Shown: positions 37,581 to 47,634, counted from the first letter of the stretch. The stretch is DNA of 64,000 nucleotides from an uncultured Actinomycetes bacterium (GCA_964640085.1 CAZXFA010000010.1:9805-73804); one strand, 5' to 3'. Notes: a model not told the origin generated them from the sequence alone. A program made the numbers and translations.

Positions 37581-38309
37581 ATGAGCGGAGCGATGGACAC
37601 CGTCATCGCGCCCGCCGGTCGGTCCGGCGGGCGCACGGACCGCTGGCTCGTGGCCGCGGTGCTCGCAGCGTTCGTCACGCTGGCCTTGCTTGCGGCGTTC
37701 GCCCAGAGCTTCCTCCTGCGGGTGGACGAACCAGTGCAGCGATGGGTCATCTCCGTTCGCCGCGGGTGGCTCAACGACCTCATGATCGGGGTGTCCTGGC
37801 TCGGAACTCGGTACGTGATCGGCGGACTGCTGGCCATCGTGACGATATGGTCCCTCGTCACCGGGCGGTGCCGCAGAGCCGTACTGGTGCTCCTCGTCGC
37901 CTTCGCTCTGAACCCTCTCCTCGAATGGTCGTTGAAGGCGCTCGTCGACCGCCCGCGACCCGGCCTCCTGCTTCTCGGGCGGGGTCGAGGCCCCTCCTTC
38001 CCGAGTGGTCACGTGCTCGCCGCCTCCGGCTTCTACGCGATGCTGCCCGCCCTGATCCCTTGGGACGTGGATCGCTGGCGCAGCTTGGGCGTTGCGATCG
38101 TGGGCGCCGGTGTCGTGTTGGCCGTGGCCTTCTCACGCGTCTACATGGGGGTGCATTGGGCCAGCGACGTGGTCGGGGGGCTCCTGGTGGGCACCATCGC
38201 GGTCGTCGCCACGTACCGCGCTCTCGACGGTCACCGCATCGCGGCCTGCCGATGCCGCGCCGGCTGGCCCGCCCATCATCTCCCGGTGCCCTCCAGCCGC
38301 TGGCGATAG
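37581..38309 (+). CDS. PAP2-family phosphatase (phosphatidic acid phosphatase type 2 / undecaprenyl-diphosphatase-like)
   Basis: PAP2 motifs (KALVDRPRP, PSGH, SRVYMGVHWASDV) and multiple TM helices. Confidence 0.8.
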   Translation: MSGAMDTVIAPAGRSGGRTDRWLVAAVLAAFVTLALLAAFAQSFLLRVDEPVQRWVISVRRGWLNDLMIGVSWLGTRYVIGGLLAIVTIWSLVTGRCRRAVLVLLVAFALNPLLEWSLKALVDRPRPGLLLLGRGRGPSFPSGHVLAASGFYAMLPALIPWDVDRWRSLGVAIVGAGVVLAVAFSRVYMGVHWASDVVGGLLVGTIAVVATYRALDGHRIAACRCRAGWPAHHLPVPSSRWR

Positions 38310-38644
38310 GCGGCCACCGCCCGCTCGGCCAACCGAGAGGGCGACTCGTTCGCCTGCTCCGACTCCCGCTGCAGCCACTCGAAGAGATCCTGCCGCAGTC
38401 GGACGTGCCCGCTCCTGTCCGCTTGCCGGCGCGACAGCAGGACGTACAGGAGGACCACCAGCCCGATGATGAACAGCACGGCGACCAGGATCGCCCGGGC
38501 GAACGGATCGCCGTGCCAGATCATGACCGACTGCGTGGGGCTGCCCGATGGGACCCGGAAGGCGCGCCACAGGTAGATGAAGATGTACGCGCCCGTGTAG
38601 AGGAGGAACGCCGCAAGGACGACCAAGGACAGCGTGCGCTTCAT
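38276..38644 (-). CDS. small membrane protein B (122 aa, 2 TM helices plus a charged C-terminal helix), hypothetical; last gene of the PEP-enzyme operon
   Basis: MKRTLSLVVLAAFLLYTGAYIFIYLW ... ILVAVLFIIGLVVLLYVLL. Its ATG overlaps the stop of the upstream membrane protein (ATGA at 38641-38644). The 3' end overlaps the convergent PAP2 gene by 34 nt. Confidence 0.5.
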   Translation of the reverse strand: MKRTLSLVVLAAFLLYTGAYIFIYLWRAFRVPSGSPTQSVMIWHGDPFARAILVAVLFIIGLVVLLYVLLSRRQADRSGHVRLRQDLFEWLQRESEQANESPSRLAERAVAAYRQRLEGTGR

Positions 38645-39204
38645 CGGACGCTCCTATCTTCGAGCCACGGGACGAGAGCCATGGCGCGCTCTCGCGCATC
38701 CTCGGGAGGCGGCATGAGACGACCCAGCCATGTCGAACGCGCCAGCCGGAGCACGGGGTCAGGGGCGCGTTCGTGGAGGACCGCGAAGACGAGCGACAGC
38801 CCGCCCACCGCGGCAAGGGGCACATCGGCCGCAACCGCAAGGGCGATCACCCACGGGTTCTCGTGCAGCGTGGCCCCCGCGTCGGCGAAGACACGGAACC
38901 CGGCGCTCGTTACGAGCACGCCGAGGATGGCAGCCAGGGCCCCGAGGCACGCGTAGGTCCACCGCGATCGCAGGCGGCGTGGCGGCGCCTCACGTTCGGG
39001 AACGACATACCCGGCGGCGCGTGCCGCTCCCGCGACGACGTAGTGGATGGCTTCGGCCACCGCGATCCGGCGACGCACACCTCGGTTGGGAGCGGCCCGT
39101 TTGATCCCGTCACTCACCAGGATGGCCGCGGAAAGGAGGATCCCAGCTCCCATCAGTCCGGGCACGAAGACCGCCTGGGTCACCGAACCCTCGCCCCCGT
39201 TCAC
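38641..39204 (-). CDS. small membrane protein A (about 187 aa, 3-4 TM helices), hypothetical; translationally coupled to the PEP-utilising enzyme gene
   Basis: GTG 39204 overlaps the TGA of the upstream gene (GTGA at 39201-39204). GTG 39183 (SD GAGGG) is the alternative start. The track ORF extends to 39516 inside the upstream gene. Confidence 0.5.
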   Translation of the reverse strand: MNGGEGSVTQAVFVPGLMGAGILLSAAILVSDGIKRAAPNRGVRRRIAVAEAIHYVVAGAARAAGYVVPEREAPPRRLRSRWTYACLGALAAILGVLVTSAGFRVFADAGATLHENPWVIALAVAADVPLAAVGGLSLVFAVLHERAPDPVLRLARSTWLGRLMPPPEDARERAMALVPWLEDRSVR

Positions 39205-41909
39205 GCCGCCTCCTCCGTTCGGATCACGACGCCCGCCACGCCATCCACCTCGACGTCCTCGCCGGTCGCCAGGCTGTGGGTCGCACCCCTCACGTTCACC
39301 ACCGCAGGCACACCGAACTCGCGGGCCACGATCGCGGCGTGGGAGAGTGGCCCTCCCTCCTCCAGCACGATGCCTCCGGCAACGAGGAACAACGGCGTCC
39401 ACGAGGGGTCGGTGCTCCGCGCCACGAGGATCTCTCCCGGCATCAACGTCGACGCATCCGAGAGACCTCGGAGGATCCGCGCCCTGCCGCGCGCTCGACC
39501 GGGGCTCGCCGCCCAACCCCTGAGCTCCTCACCGTCGAGGGGGGGCACCTCCTTGGCCCCCGGGAAGCCCTCGAACGATTCCGGGAGCGGCGATCCCTCC
39601 CGAGCCCTGGCGAGCGCGCTGCGGCGACGATCCAGGTCCTCGGCCGACACCGGCTCGGCCCCCAGCAGCATCCCCTCCAGCTCCGCGTCGGAGAGGAGGA
39701 GGACGTCCTCAGCGTCGATCAACTGGCCGGATGCCTGGAGACGGCGCGCACCCTCCAGGATCAACCCTCGTTCCTCCCCTCCGAGCACGAGCAGCGCGGC
39801 CTTGGCCTTCTCACGGAGCATGAGGAACCGGGAGGCATCGGCCGCGAGCCTGCGCACCATCCGCCCTCTGACGTCGACGATCTGACCCGTCAGCAGGCGG
39901 GTGGCGCGCCACCTCCAGGATCGCCGGAGCTCAGCCCGGAGCTCAGCCAGCGCCGATCCCCGCGCCGCCTTGCTCGTCGCCACTCGGGCATCGGGCGATA
40001 CCTCGTGGCCACCCTCCTCGCACCGGGCGATGTGCGCCAGCCGCTCCAACACCATCGAACGATCCTCGTCCCAGGCGGTCCCGCCGTACAGGGACATGGA
40101 GCCGAAGTGGCGAGCGACCCGGTCGATCGCCGACAGGAGCAGCTCTCCCTCCTCCCCCATCGCCCGGATCCGCTCCTCGACTCCCTCGAAGGGGTGGAGC
40201 CGGATGCAGGTGCACGCGTCCCGGCCCTGGATGCCTCGTACGTACAGGTCCCACAGGGTGGTCGTGGTGTCGATCACGCCGCTGGCAGAGAGTTGCGGGG
40301 ACGTGGTGATCCGTTGCGCCCAGGTGGCGGCGCGATCCCTGCCCACCCAGCGCTCCAGGGCCATCTCCAGCGCTCGATAGGCGGCCGCAGCTCCGGCGGC
40401 CGCCGCGACCTCAGCCGCGTAGCCTCGGCAGGCGAGGTCGCGGATCCTGGCCCGGTAGGCGAGCAGCCGGTGCGCGGGCAGGGCTAGATCGACCTGGAGC
40501 GCGATCACCCCGTGGACCGCCTCCGCGAACAGATCCACTTCGTCCTCGACTCGGCGTCTCAAGCGCAGCGCTCGCAGTCCGGCCAGGCCCCGAGCCACCT
40601 TGCCTCGGCGCGGGGCCGGGACCGCGTCTCCGGAAAGGGACCGGCCTAGATACTGCCTCTCGACCTCGGCGTGGGACCCGCCCGGCATCAAGGCCGCGGC
40701 CTCCCGCAGCGCCGAGAGGTTCAGGGCCGCCCGACCGCGGAACCGACCGATCGCCAGGAGGCCTCGAGGAGCGGCGGACGGCGAGATGCCCAGCTCCCAG
40801 AACAAACGACGGAACGCCTCATCGAGCATCGGTGCGTTGATCGTCCACAGGAGCGGGGGTAGGACCTCGGGAAGCATCTCCTGCACGCCGATGGGTGTGT
40901 AGGTGGCCCCCGGCACCGGTTCGGTGTCGAACTCGTCGGCGCTCGGCCGAGATGCCCCCCGGACGGTGATGGGCCGGGCCTGAAGCACCCAGAGTACGCC
41001 ATCGGCGAAGGCCCATTCGATGTCCTGAGGCGTCCCCATGCGTCGCTCGATCTGGAGTCCCACCCGCATCAGGGTCTCGAGGAACGGGGGCGACCCGGCG
41101 GGCTCGGGATGGTTGACGGCGAGCGTCGCCCGGTCCACCCGGTAGTCGTCGGGCGTCACACGACCGGCGACCAGCGATTCCCCCAACCCCCGCACCACCT
41201 CCACCCGCGCGGTCCGGGCATCAGCGCCCGGATCCCTGGTGAAGAGCACGCCGGACATCTCCGCCGGCACCATGGCCTGGACAATCACCCCCATGCTCAG
41301 ACCCACCTCGGGCACGCGTTCCCGCCTGCGATAGGCCCGGACCGAGGGAGCCCACAGGGATGCCCAGCACTTCCGGACCGACTCGAGCACGTCGTCGTCC
41401 GTATCGAGGTCGAGGAAGCTCCGGTACTGGCCCGCGAACGAGGCCGTGCTCGTATCCTCGGCGGTGGCCGAAGAGCGGACCGCGACAGGGCCCGACGCGA
41501 GCAGCCTGCGAGCCGCGTTCCTCACGGCGACCTCGACGCCGCTGGGTACTGTCGCATCCAGGAAGGCGCGGTCAACGCGTGCGGTCTCCTCTTCAGAGTC
41601 CTCAGCCCTTGGGAGCGCGGCTTCGGCCAGCTCACGCAGGAGGGGCGCCAGGCCCCCGGCCTCGACGGACTCCTCATACGCATCCGTCGTGACGGCGAAG
41701 GCGGCGGGGACGGCGAACCCCTCAGCGACCAACCGGTCGAGCGCTGCCGCCTTCCCTCCGACCGCGCCCACCTCCGCTCCGGAGCCGTCGAGAGCGCGGA
41801 TCGGGGAGCCCGTCCACGCCGCGGGAGGCGCCGGCGTCGTCCCGTCGGTCCCTCGTTCGGGCTCACGAGCCAGCTGGATCGGCGCGGAGCTCGTCGTCGG
41901 CGGTGTCAC
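39201..41909 (-). CDS. PEP-utilising enzyme of the phosphoenolpyruvate synthase-like / rifampicin phosphotransferase (Rph) family (N-terminal PPDK_N ATP-grasp, C-terminal phosphohistidine swivel domain)
   Basis: GGKAAALDRLVAEGFAVPAAFAVTTDAY (PPDK_N) and GGPLSHAAIVAREFGVPAVVNV (PEP-utilisers His motif), 902 aa. GTG start at 41909 with SD GGGGGG. Confidence 0.8.
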   Translation of the reverse strand: MTPPTTSSAPIQLAREPERGTDGTTPAPPAAWTGSPIRALDGSGAEVGAVGGKAAALDRLVAEGFAVPAAFAVTTDAYEESVEAGGLAPLLRELAEAALPRAEDSEEETARVDRAFLDATVPSGVEVAVRNAARRLLASGPVAVRSSATAEDTSTASFAGQYRSFLDLDTDDDVLESVRKCWASLWAPSVRAYRRRERVPEVGLSMGVIVQAMVPAEMSGVLFTRDPGADARTARVEVVRGLGESLVAGRVTPDDYRVDRATLAVNHPEPAGSPPFLETLMRVGLQIERRMGTPQDIEWAFADGVLWVLQARPITVRGASRPSADEFDTEPVPGATYTPIGVQEMLPEVLPPLLWTINAPMLDEAFRRLFWELGISPSAAPRGLLAIGRFRGRAALNLSALREAAALMPGGSHAEVERQYLGRSLSGDAVPAPRRGKVARGLAGLRALRLRRRVEDEVDLFAEAVHGVIALQVDLALPAHRLLAYRARIRDLACRGYAAEVAAAAGAAAAYRALEMALERWVGRDRAATWAQRITTSPQLSASGVIDTTTTLWDLYVRGIQGRDACTCIRLHPFEGVEERIRAMGEEGELLLSAIDRVARHFGSMSLYGGTAWDEDRSMVLERLAHIARCEEGGHEVSPDARVATSKAARGSALAELRAELRRSWRWRATRLLTGQIVDVRGRMVRRLAADASRFLMLREKAKAALLVLGGEERGLILEGARRLQASGQLIDAEDVLLLSDAELEGMLLGAEPVSAEDLDRRRSALARAREGSPLPESFEGFPGAKEVPPLDGEELRGWAASPGRARGRARILRGLSDASTLMPGEILVARSTDPSWTPLFLVAGGIVLEEGGPLSHAAIVAREFGVPAVVNVRGATHSLATGEDVEVDGVAGVVIRTEEAA

Positions 41910-42157
41910 ACGATCCCCCCTTCGCTTCTGCCCGCGCCGCCGAGCGCGCCGCGCGATCGCACGCGCTCGATGGAACGAGGGAACGTGCCTTCACTCGGTC
42001 CAGCGTGGGCCCAGCAGAACGGACCTTCGTTGTAGACGGAGAGCCGTATCGCGCAACCCTGCCAGGCACATGTCCGACCCCTCGGGTAGGTGCGGTTGGG
42101 CTCGGGCAGCTCCTGCGTGATGACCCCTCGGAGCGCTATCACCGACTCACGCCCCAT
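41906..42157 (-). CDS. small Cys-rich protein (83 aa, C-x4-C ... C-x2-H zinc-ribbon-like), translationally coupled to the PEP-utilising enzyme gene
   Basis: MGRESVIALRGVITQELPEPNRTYPRGRTCAWQGCAIRLSVYNEGPFCWAH... Good SD (GGGGGAGAAGG). Its TGA overlaps the GTG of the downstream gene (GTGTGA). Confidence 0.5.
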   Translation of the reverse strand: MGRESVIALRGVITQELPEPNRTYPRGRTCAWQGCAIRLSVYNEGPFCWAHAGPSEGTFPRSIERVRSRGALGGAGRSEGGIV

Positions 42158-42398
42158 CGCCTTCTCCCCCTTGCCTGGACCGGCTCTCTTCCCGCCGGCG
42201 GGCGCGGGGCGCCCTGCGGCGTGGCGGCAGGCGGATGGGCCGACCCGGATGACCGGGCGCCATTGCCGCTCCCACAGCCCGCAGGACCCCGTGGCCGAGC
42301 TCGCCGCCGGCGGCTGCGATGCCTGCTCGGACCTCCCGGTGTTGCCGCGGTTGTTGCCGCTCCGTCGCCTGCATGTTCCCGTCTTCGCCGGATCCGCC

Positions 42399-44699
42399 CT
42401 AGGCGGCCGGTTGGGGGCTCACCTCCTTCTCCAGCTCGACCCTGGGGAGCAACCTTGCCAGCCAACCGGGAAGCCACCAGTTCCACTCCCCGAGGAGTCG
42501 CATCGTTGCTGGCACGAGGATGATCCGGACGATGGTCGCGTCGATCAGGACGGCCGCCGCCAGTGCGAACCCCAGCTCCTTCATCAGGAGGATGGAGGAG
42601 AGGAGGAAGGCGCCGAAGACCACGACCATGATCGCGGCAGCTCCGGTGATGACCCTCGCGGTGCGCTCGAGGCCGATGGCCACGGCCTGCTCGTTCGAGT
42701 GGCCCCGATCATGGAGCTCGCGGACGCGGCTCAGAAGGAAGACCTCGTAGTCCATGGAGAGCCCGAAGAGGACGGCGAACAGGAGCACGGGAGTGACCCA
42801 GTTCACCGTCCCCGTCGACGTGAAGTCGAACGCCGCTTCCCCGAGGCCCTTCTGGAACACGATGACGAGCAGCCCGTACGCTGCGAGGACCGACAGCATG
42901 TTCATGATCACGGCCTTCAAGGGGATCAGGATCGATCGGAACAGGATCATGAGCATGAGGAACGTGGCCGCGAGGATGATGGCGATGACGATCGGGAATC
43001 GGCGGTAGAGGGCGTCGCTGGCGTCCGCTTCGATGGCCGGCGTGCCACCCACGAGCACCTCCGCCTTCCGAAGCTCGGGCACCGTGGGGATGATCTCGCT
43101 CCGCACCGCGCGCACGGCTTCCCAAGCTTCGGGGGACGATGGGTCGATCGCAAGGTGACCCATGATCACTGCGGTGTCCGCGCCTCGATCCAGGTTCACG
43201 AAGTTGCCCAACGAGGCGGCCAACTCGGGGGGCAGGGCAGCGAAGCCGTCAGCGTAGAGAGCCTGGTAGTCAGCGGGGCCCAGATCGGGCGAGAGGGCCG
43301 TCATGCTCATCGCCCCTTCGAAGCGCCGGTCGGCGGCGATCGCCCGGGTGAGGCGATCCACGCCGGCGACGATCTCCGGGGCGCCGACGTCGCTCTCGGC
43401 CCGCACCACGATCTCCACCGGCGAGAGCATCCCCGCCCCGAACTCCTCGCTGAGGAGCTCGAACCCCTGCCGACTCTGGAAGCCCTCTCCGAGCTGCCCC
43501 ACGCCGATCGTTCCCGTCTGGAGCCCGACGGCCGGCCAGGCGAGGGCACCCAGGATCAGCAAGCCTCCCACCGCGTACCGGACCGGACGGCCCATGACGT
43601 GCATGGCCCAGCGGTGCCACAATCCGCCTTCCCCAGATCGATCCAGGAGCCGCGTGAGGGTACGCGGCGCTTCGATCCGGTCGCCAAGGATGACGATGGC
43701 CGCGGGGAGCATCGTGAGGCCGGCGACCACGGCCAACAGCACCACGAGGATGCCACCGATGCCCATGGACATGACGGTCGGCTCGGCCGTAGCGAGGAGG
43801 GCCGAGAGGCCGATCACGACCGCGAAACCCGAGAACGCGACGGCCTTCCCGGCATGGGCGACCATCTCCACCGCGGCGGTTTCGACGTCACGCCCGACCT
43901 TGCGCTCCGCACGGAACCTGGTCAGCATGAACAGGGCGTAGTCGATCCCGACGCCCATCCCGAGCATGACAGCGAAGGTTTCGAGGAAGACGGACAGACC
44001 CCGCCATTCGCCGACGAGGACGGCCAACGCCAGCGCGATGACGATGGCGAGGATCGCCAGCGCGAGCGGCAGGGTCGCCGCCACGAGGGCTCCGAACACC
44101 GCGATCAGCACGACGAGCGCCACCGGGAGCCCCAACGTCTCCGCCCGCGCGATGCTCTCCTGGCTGGCCGATGAGATGTCCGCGTGCACCGCCTCGATCC
44201 CGGTGACCCTGGCCGTGAGCCATGCGGGGGTCGGAGCGGCCTCGACGGCCTCGAGGATGTCCTCGGAGGCCAGCATGCCGTCGGCATGGTTGGTCGCCCG
44301 CAGCTCCAGCAACGCGTAGGTGCCTCCCCCGTCGGCACTCACCAACGCAGGGTTGCCGGACGAGAAGAAGCTGACGACACCCGAAACGTGGCCCGTGTCC
44401 TCGATCGCTCGGATGAGGCCTTCCGCCGCTCGGCGATACCCGGGATCCTGGACCGGTACCCCCTCGCTCGAGAGCACGAGGAGTTGCTGGAAGGCGCTCC
44501 GCGAAGAGAACTCCGCTGCGATGATGTCGGCCGCCCGCTGAGACTCACCGGTGTTCCCCGATTCGATCCCGCGGTCGAAGACCCTCTGGATCCCGGGGGC
44601 GAAGGTGGCCCCCACCACCAGGAAGGCCACCCAGATCAGGACCACCTTCCACCTGTGGCGAACCACGATCTTGCCGATGCCCCTGAACGCCCCGTACAT
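42399..44699 (-). CDS. MMPL-family (RND superfamily) membrane transporter, second copy
   Basis: 766 aa, MMPL topology. Downstream of, and co-oriented with, a TetR gene. Confidence 0.85.
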   Translation of the reverse strand: MYGAFRGIGKIVVRHRWKVVLIWVAFLVVGATFAPGIQRVFDRGIESGNTGESQRAADIIAAEFSSRSAFQQLLVLSSEGVPVQDPGYRRAAEGLIRAIEDTGHVSGVVSFFSSGNPALVSADGGGTYALLELRATNHADGMLASEDILEAVEAAPTPAWLTARVTGIEAVHADISSASQESIARAETLGLPVALVVLIAVFGALVAATLPLALAILAIVIALALAVLVGEWRGLSVFLETFAVMLGMGVGIDYALFMLTRFRAERKVGRDVETAAVEMVAHAGKAVAFSGFAVVIGLSALLATAEPTVMSMGIGGILVVLLAVVAGLTMLPAAIVILGDRIEAPRTLTRLLDRSGEGGLWHRWAMHVMGRPVRYAVGGLLILGALAWPAVGLQTGTIGVGQLGEGFQSRQGFELLSEEFGAGMLSPVEIVVRAESDVGAPEIVAGVDRLTRAIAADRRFEGAMSMTALSPDLGPADYQALYADGFAALPPELAASLGNFVNLDRGADTAVIMGHLAIDPSSPEAWEAVRAVRSEIIPTVPELRKAEVLVGGTPAIEADASDALYRRFPIVIAIILAATFLMLMILFRSILIPLKAVIMNMLSVLAAYGLLVIVFQKGLGEAAFDFTSTGTVNWVTPVLLFAVLFGLSMDYEVFLLSRVRELHDRGHSNEQAVAIGLERTARVITGAAAIMVVVFGAFLLSSILLMKELGFALAAAVLIDATIVRIILVPATMRLLGEWNWWLPGWLARLLPRVELEKEVSPQPAA

Positions 44700-44792
44700 G
44701 TGTGCACCTCCTGCTTCCGCAGCTGGTGACTGAGCCCCCAGTCAATCCCGGACCCAAACACAAGAAGCTGGCGGGCCGCCCGGCCCCGCCCG

Positions 44793-45404
44793 CTACCCGG
44801 CCTCACCCCCCTGGCGGGGCAGAAGGCCCCGGAGCTCGAGGTCCAGGAGGTCCTCGGCCAGCGTGCGGTGGCCGGTGCTCCGGCCCTCCGCGACGATCGT
44901 GCGGTTGGCCGTGTGCAAGATGAGTCCTACGAGGGCCCGGGCCACGGTCTCCGTCTTCACTGGGCGGAAGTGCTCCCGCGCAGCCCCTTCCACGAGGTAC
45001 CCGGCCGCGACGTCCTCGATGTCGCGGATCAACAGATCCAGGATCGCCTCCGACCGCTCGTCCACCGATCCAGCCTTGTTGAAGAGGAGGTTCGCGACCT
45101 CCCGGTTGTCCGCGCAGATCCGGAAGATCTCCGCGCACACGTCCGCGACCTCGGTTCCGGGGCCCCCGCCCACAGGGCCGGACGCCCAACGCAGCCCCGC
45201 GGCCGCATCGCGGATCCTCTCGGCGAAGTGCTCCAGCAAGCGGTGGAAGACCTCCTGCTTGCTGGAGAAGTACAGGTAGAAGGTGCCTTGAGCCACGCCC
45301 GCCTCGGCGGTGATGTCGCTCACGCGAGCGGCGTGGAACCCGCGATCATGGAACACCTTGGCCGAGGCCCGGAGCATGTGGCCGGTACTCGTCTTGGTCG
45401 GCAT
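44793..45404 (-). CDS. TetR-family transcriptional regulator
   Basis: HTH (AARVSDITAEAGVAQGTFYLYFSSKQEVF). ATG 45404 with SD GGGAG. The track ORF extends to 45593. Confidence 0.8.
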   Translation of the reverse strand: MPTKTSTGHMLRASAKVFHDRGFHAARVSDITAEAGVAQGTFYLYFSSKQEVFHRLLEHFAERIRDAAAGLRWASGPVGGGPGTEVADVCAEIFRICADNREVANLLFNKAGSVDERSEAILDLLIRDIEDVAAGYLVEGAAREHFRPVKTETVARALVGLILHTANRTIVAEGRSTGHRTLAEDLLDLELRGLLPRQGGEAG

Positions 45405-45421
45405 CGGTGCTCCCGGGGTGA

Positions 45422-45439
45422 TGACTGATGAATCAGTCA
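45422..45439. promoter_or_regulatory. Perfect palindrome TGACTGAT-GA-ATCAGTCA (TetR operator candidate) in an AT-rich patch
   Basis: Seen directly, 18 bp upstream of the TetR start codon and in the divergent region toward the ABM-domain gene. Confidence 0.45.
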
Positions 45440-45733
45440 GTACTTTACTCTCTCCCCTCCTCGCCGTCAACCGCCACTTTCCCGAGGTGTTCGCTCCGCC
45501 CCGCCACTCGCCAGTGGAACTTGGCGTGCTGCTCACGCCGATCGGGGGTCCCGCCCTCGGTGAAGGACCGTTCGGCCTGCTCCCCGTCCCCACCGACGCG
45601 TCGTCCTGGCGGCGAGCCCCTGGGGCGACCTCCGATTAGGTATCGAGACACACCGCCGAGCAGAACCGAACCGATCGACCACCTCCGTGACCCGGCGTAT
45701 CCTCCGACGGACATCGGAACGGAGGGAGGCGGC

Positions 45734-46024
45734 GTGTTCGGGACCCTGGGGCGTATGAAGGCCAAGCCGGGCAAACTCGAGGAGCTCACGACCCACCTCA
45801 ACGACCCGCAGGCGGCCGCGCACCGCGGCTATGGGGGCTCGTACCTGCTGGTGGCCGAGGAGGGTGACGAGGTCGTGGTGGCCGTCATGTTCGAGGACAA
45901 GGAGTCGTACTTCGAGATGGTCCACGACCCGAAGACCGACGAGAACTACCAGCGGCTGCTCACGCTGGTCGAGGGCGAGCCGACCTGGACCGACGGGGAG
46001 TGGATCGCCGGACCCACCGCCTGA
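45734..46024 (+). CDS. antibiotic-biosynthesis-monooxygenase (ABM/Dabb) domain protein
   Basis: 96 aa from GTG 45734 (SD GGAGGGAGG), with a ferredoxin-like ABM pattern. Divergent from the TetR-MMPL operon. Confidence 0.55.
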   Translation: MFGTLGRMKAKPGKLEELTTHLNDPQAAAHRGYGGSYLLVAEEGDEVVVAVMFEDKESYFEMVHDPKTDENYQRLLTLVEGEPTWTDGEWIAGPTA

Positions 46025-46118
46025 CGTTGCGCCCGGCCCTCGGGCCCGCCTTCCCGGTCCCGCCGGGACCGCGCTAGTCTGAACGTCGGTTCAGGGAACG
46101 AGCGAGGAGGCGGTACCC

Positions 46119-47567
46119 GTGGCAGACGCGCTCCAGAACTACATCGACGGCAAGTGGGTCGACGCCGCCGACGGCGAGCGGTTCGACGTGTTCGACCCGG
46201 CGACCGGCGAGGTGATCGCCACGGCGCCGCACTCCAAGCCGGCCGACGTGGACCGGGCCGTGGCGGCCGCGCGCCGGGCCTTCGACGAGGGGACGTGGTG
46301 GCCCGGGTCTTCGGCCCGCGAGCGCGGCCGCATCCTGCTGCGTGCCTCCGAGATCATCCGCCGCGAGCACGAGCGGTTGGCCCAGCTGGAGTCGATGGAT
46401 TCGGGCAAGCCGATCGGCGACGCGCGCGAGGACATCAACGAGGTCGCCTTCATGTTCGAGTACTACGGAGGGTGGGCGACGAAGATCGACGGGGACGTCC
46501 ATCACCTCTCCCGTGATGCGATGTTCATGGTGTGGAAGGAGCCGATGGGCGTGGCCGTCGGCATCACGCCATGGAACTACCCGATGATGATGGCGTCGCA
46601 GAAGGCCGCTGCGGCCCTGTCCGTCGGGTGCACGTTCATCCTCAAACCTCCCGAGCAGACCCCGCTCACCTGCTTGGAGCTGCCGAAGATCCTCGAGGAG
46701 GCCGGCCTGCCGGCAGGGGTGTTCCACGTGCTGACCGGGTTCGGCGAGACGGCGGGCGCGCCGCTCGTCGCCCACCCGGGTGTGGACAAGGTCACGTTCA
46801 CCGGTTCGAAGGAGGTCGGCAGGCTCATCATGAAGAGCGGCGCCGACACGCTGAAGCGCGTCACACTCGAGCTCGGCGGCAAGTCGCCGAACATCGTCTT
46901 CTCCGATGCAGACTTCGACGCGGCGGTCGAGGGCTCGTGTAACGGCGTGTTCTGGAACCAGGGCGAGATCTGTTCGGCGGGCACACGGGTGTTCGTCGAC
47001 CGCGGGATCTACGACGACACGATGAACGCGTTCATCGACCGGTGCTCGCGGATCAGGCTGGGGGACGGGCGCGACGAGTCGACGTCGATGGGTCCCCTCG
47101 TGTCCAAGGAACAGCTCGAGCGGGTCCAGCGCTACATCGAGATCGGGCAACAGGAGGCCAGGCTCGCGGCCCAGGGGGAGCGACCGTCGGACGCGCGGCT
47201 CGCGGGCGGGTACTTCGTGCCGCCGACGGTCTTCGCCGACGTCGACAACCGCGCCACGATCGCCCGGGAGGAGATCTTCGGCCCGGTGATGTCGGTGATC
47301 CCCTTCGGCGACGTGGGCGAGGTCGTGCGGATGTCCAACGATAACGAGTACGGGCTGGCGGCGGCGATCTGGACCACGGACATCAAGAAGGCGCTGACCA
47401 CCGCGCGTGCGATCCGGGCCGGCATCGTGTGGATCAACGACACGCAGCCGGCGCCGACCGAGATGCCGTGGGGCGGCTACAAGCAGTCGGGCGTGGGCCG
47501 TGAGCTCGGCAAGGAGGGCGTGGAGGACTTCCTCGAGAAGAAGTCCGTCTACCTCAACCTGGGTTGA
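46119..47567 (+). CDS. NAD(P)+-dependent aldehyde dehydrogenase
   Basis: ALDH motifs (FTGSKEVGRLIM, ELGGKSP, catalytic Cys in GEICSAGTR). Confidence 0.9.
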   Translation: MADALQNYIDGKWVDAADGERFDVFDPATGEVIATAPHSKPADVDRAVAAARRAFDEGTWWPGSSARERGRILLRASEIIRREHERLAQLESMDSGKPIGDAREDINEVAFMFEYYGGWATKIDGDVHHLSRDAMFMVWKEPMGVAVGITPWNYPMMMASQKAAAALSVGCTFILKPPEQTPLTCLELPKILEEAGLPAGVFHVLTGFGETAGAPLVAHPGVDKVTFTGSKEVGRLIMKSGADTLKRVTLELGGKSPNIVFSDADFDAAVEGSCNGVFWNQGEICSAGTRVFVDRGIYDDTMNAFIDRCSRIRLGDGRDESTSMGPLVSKEQLERVQRYIEIGQQEARLAAQGERPSDARLAGGYFVPPTVFADVDNRATIAREEIFGPVMSVIPFGDVGEVVRMSNDNEYGLAAAIWTTDIKKALTTARAIRAGIVWINDTQPAPTEMPWGGYKQSGVGRELGKEGVEDFLEKKSVYLNLG

Positions 47568-47634
47568 GCAGTCCCGTGCCGGAACTTGAACGGCCATGCA
47601 AGCCCGAAGCCTGGTCGTGTATCCTCCGCCCTGC

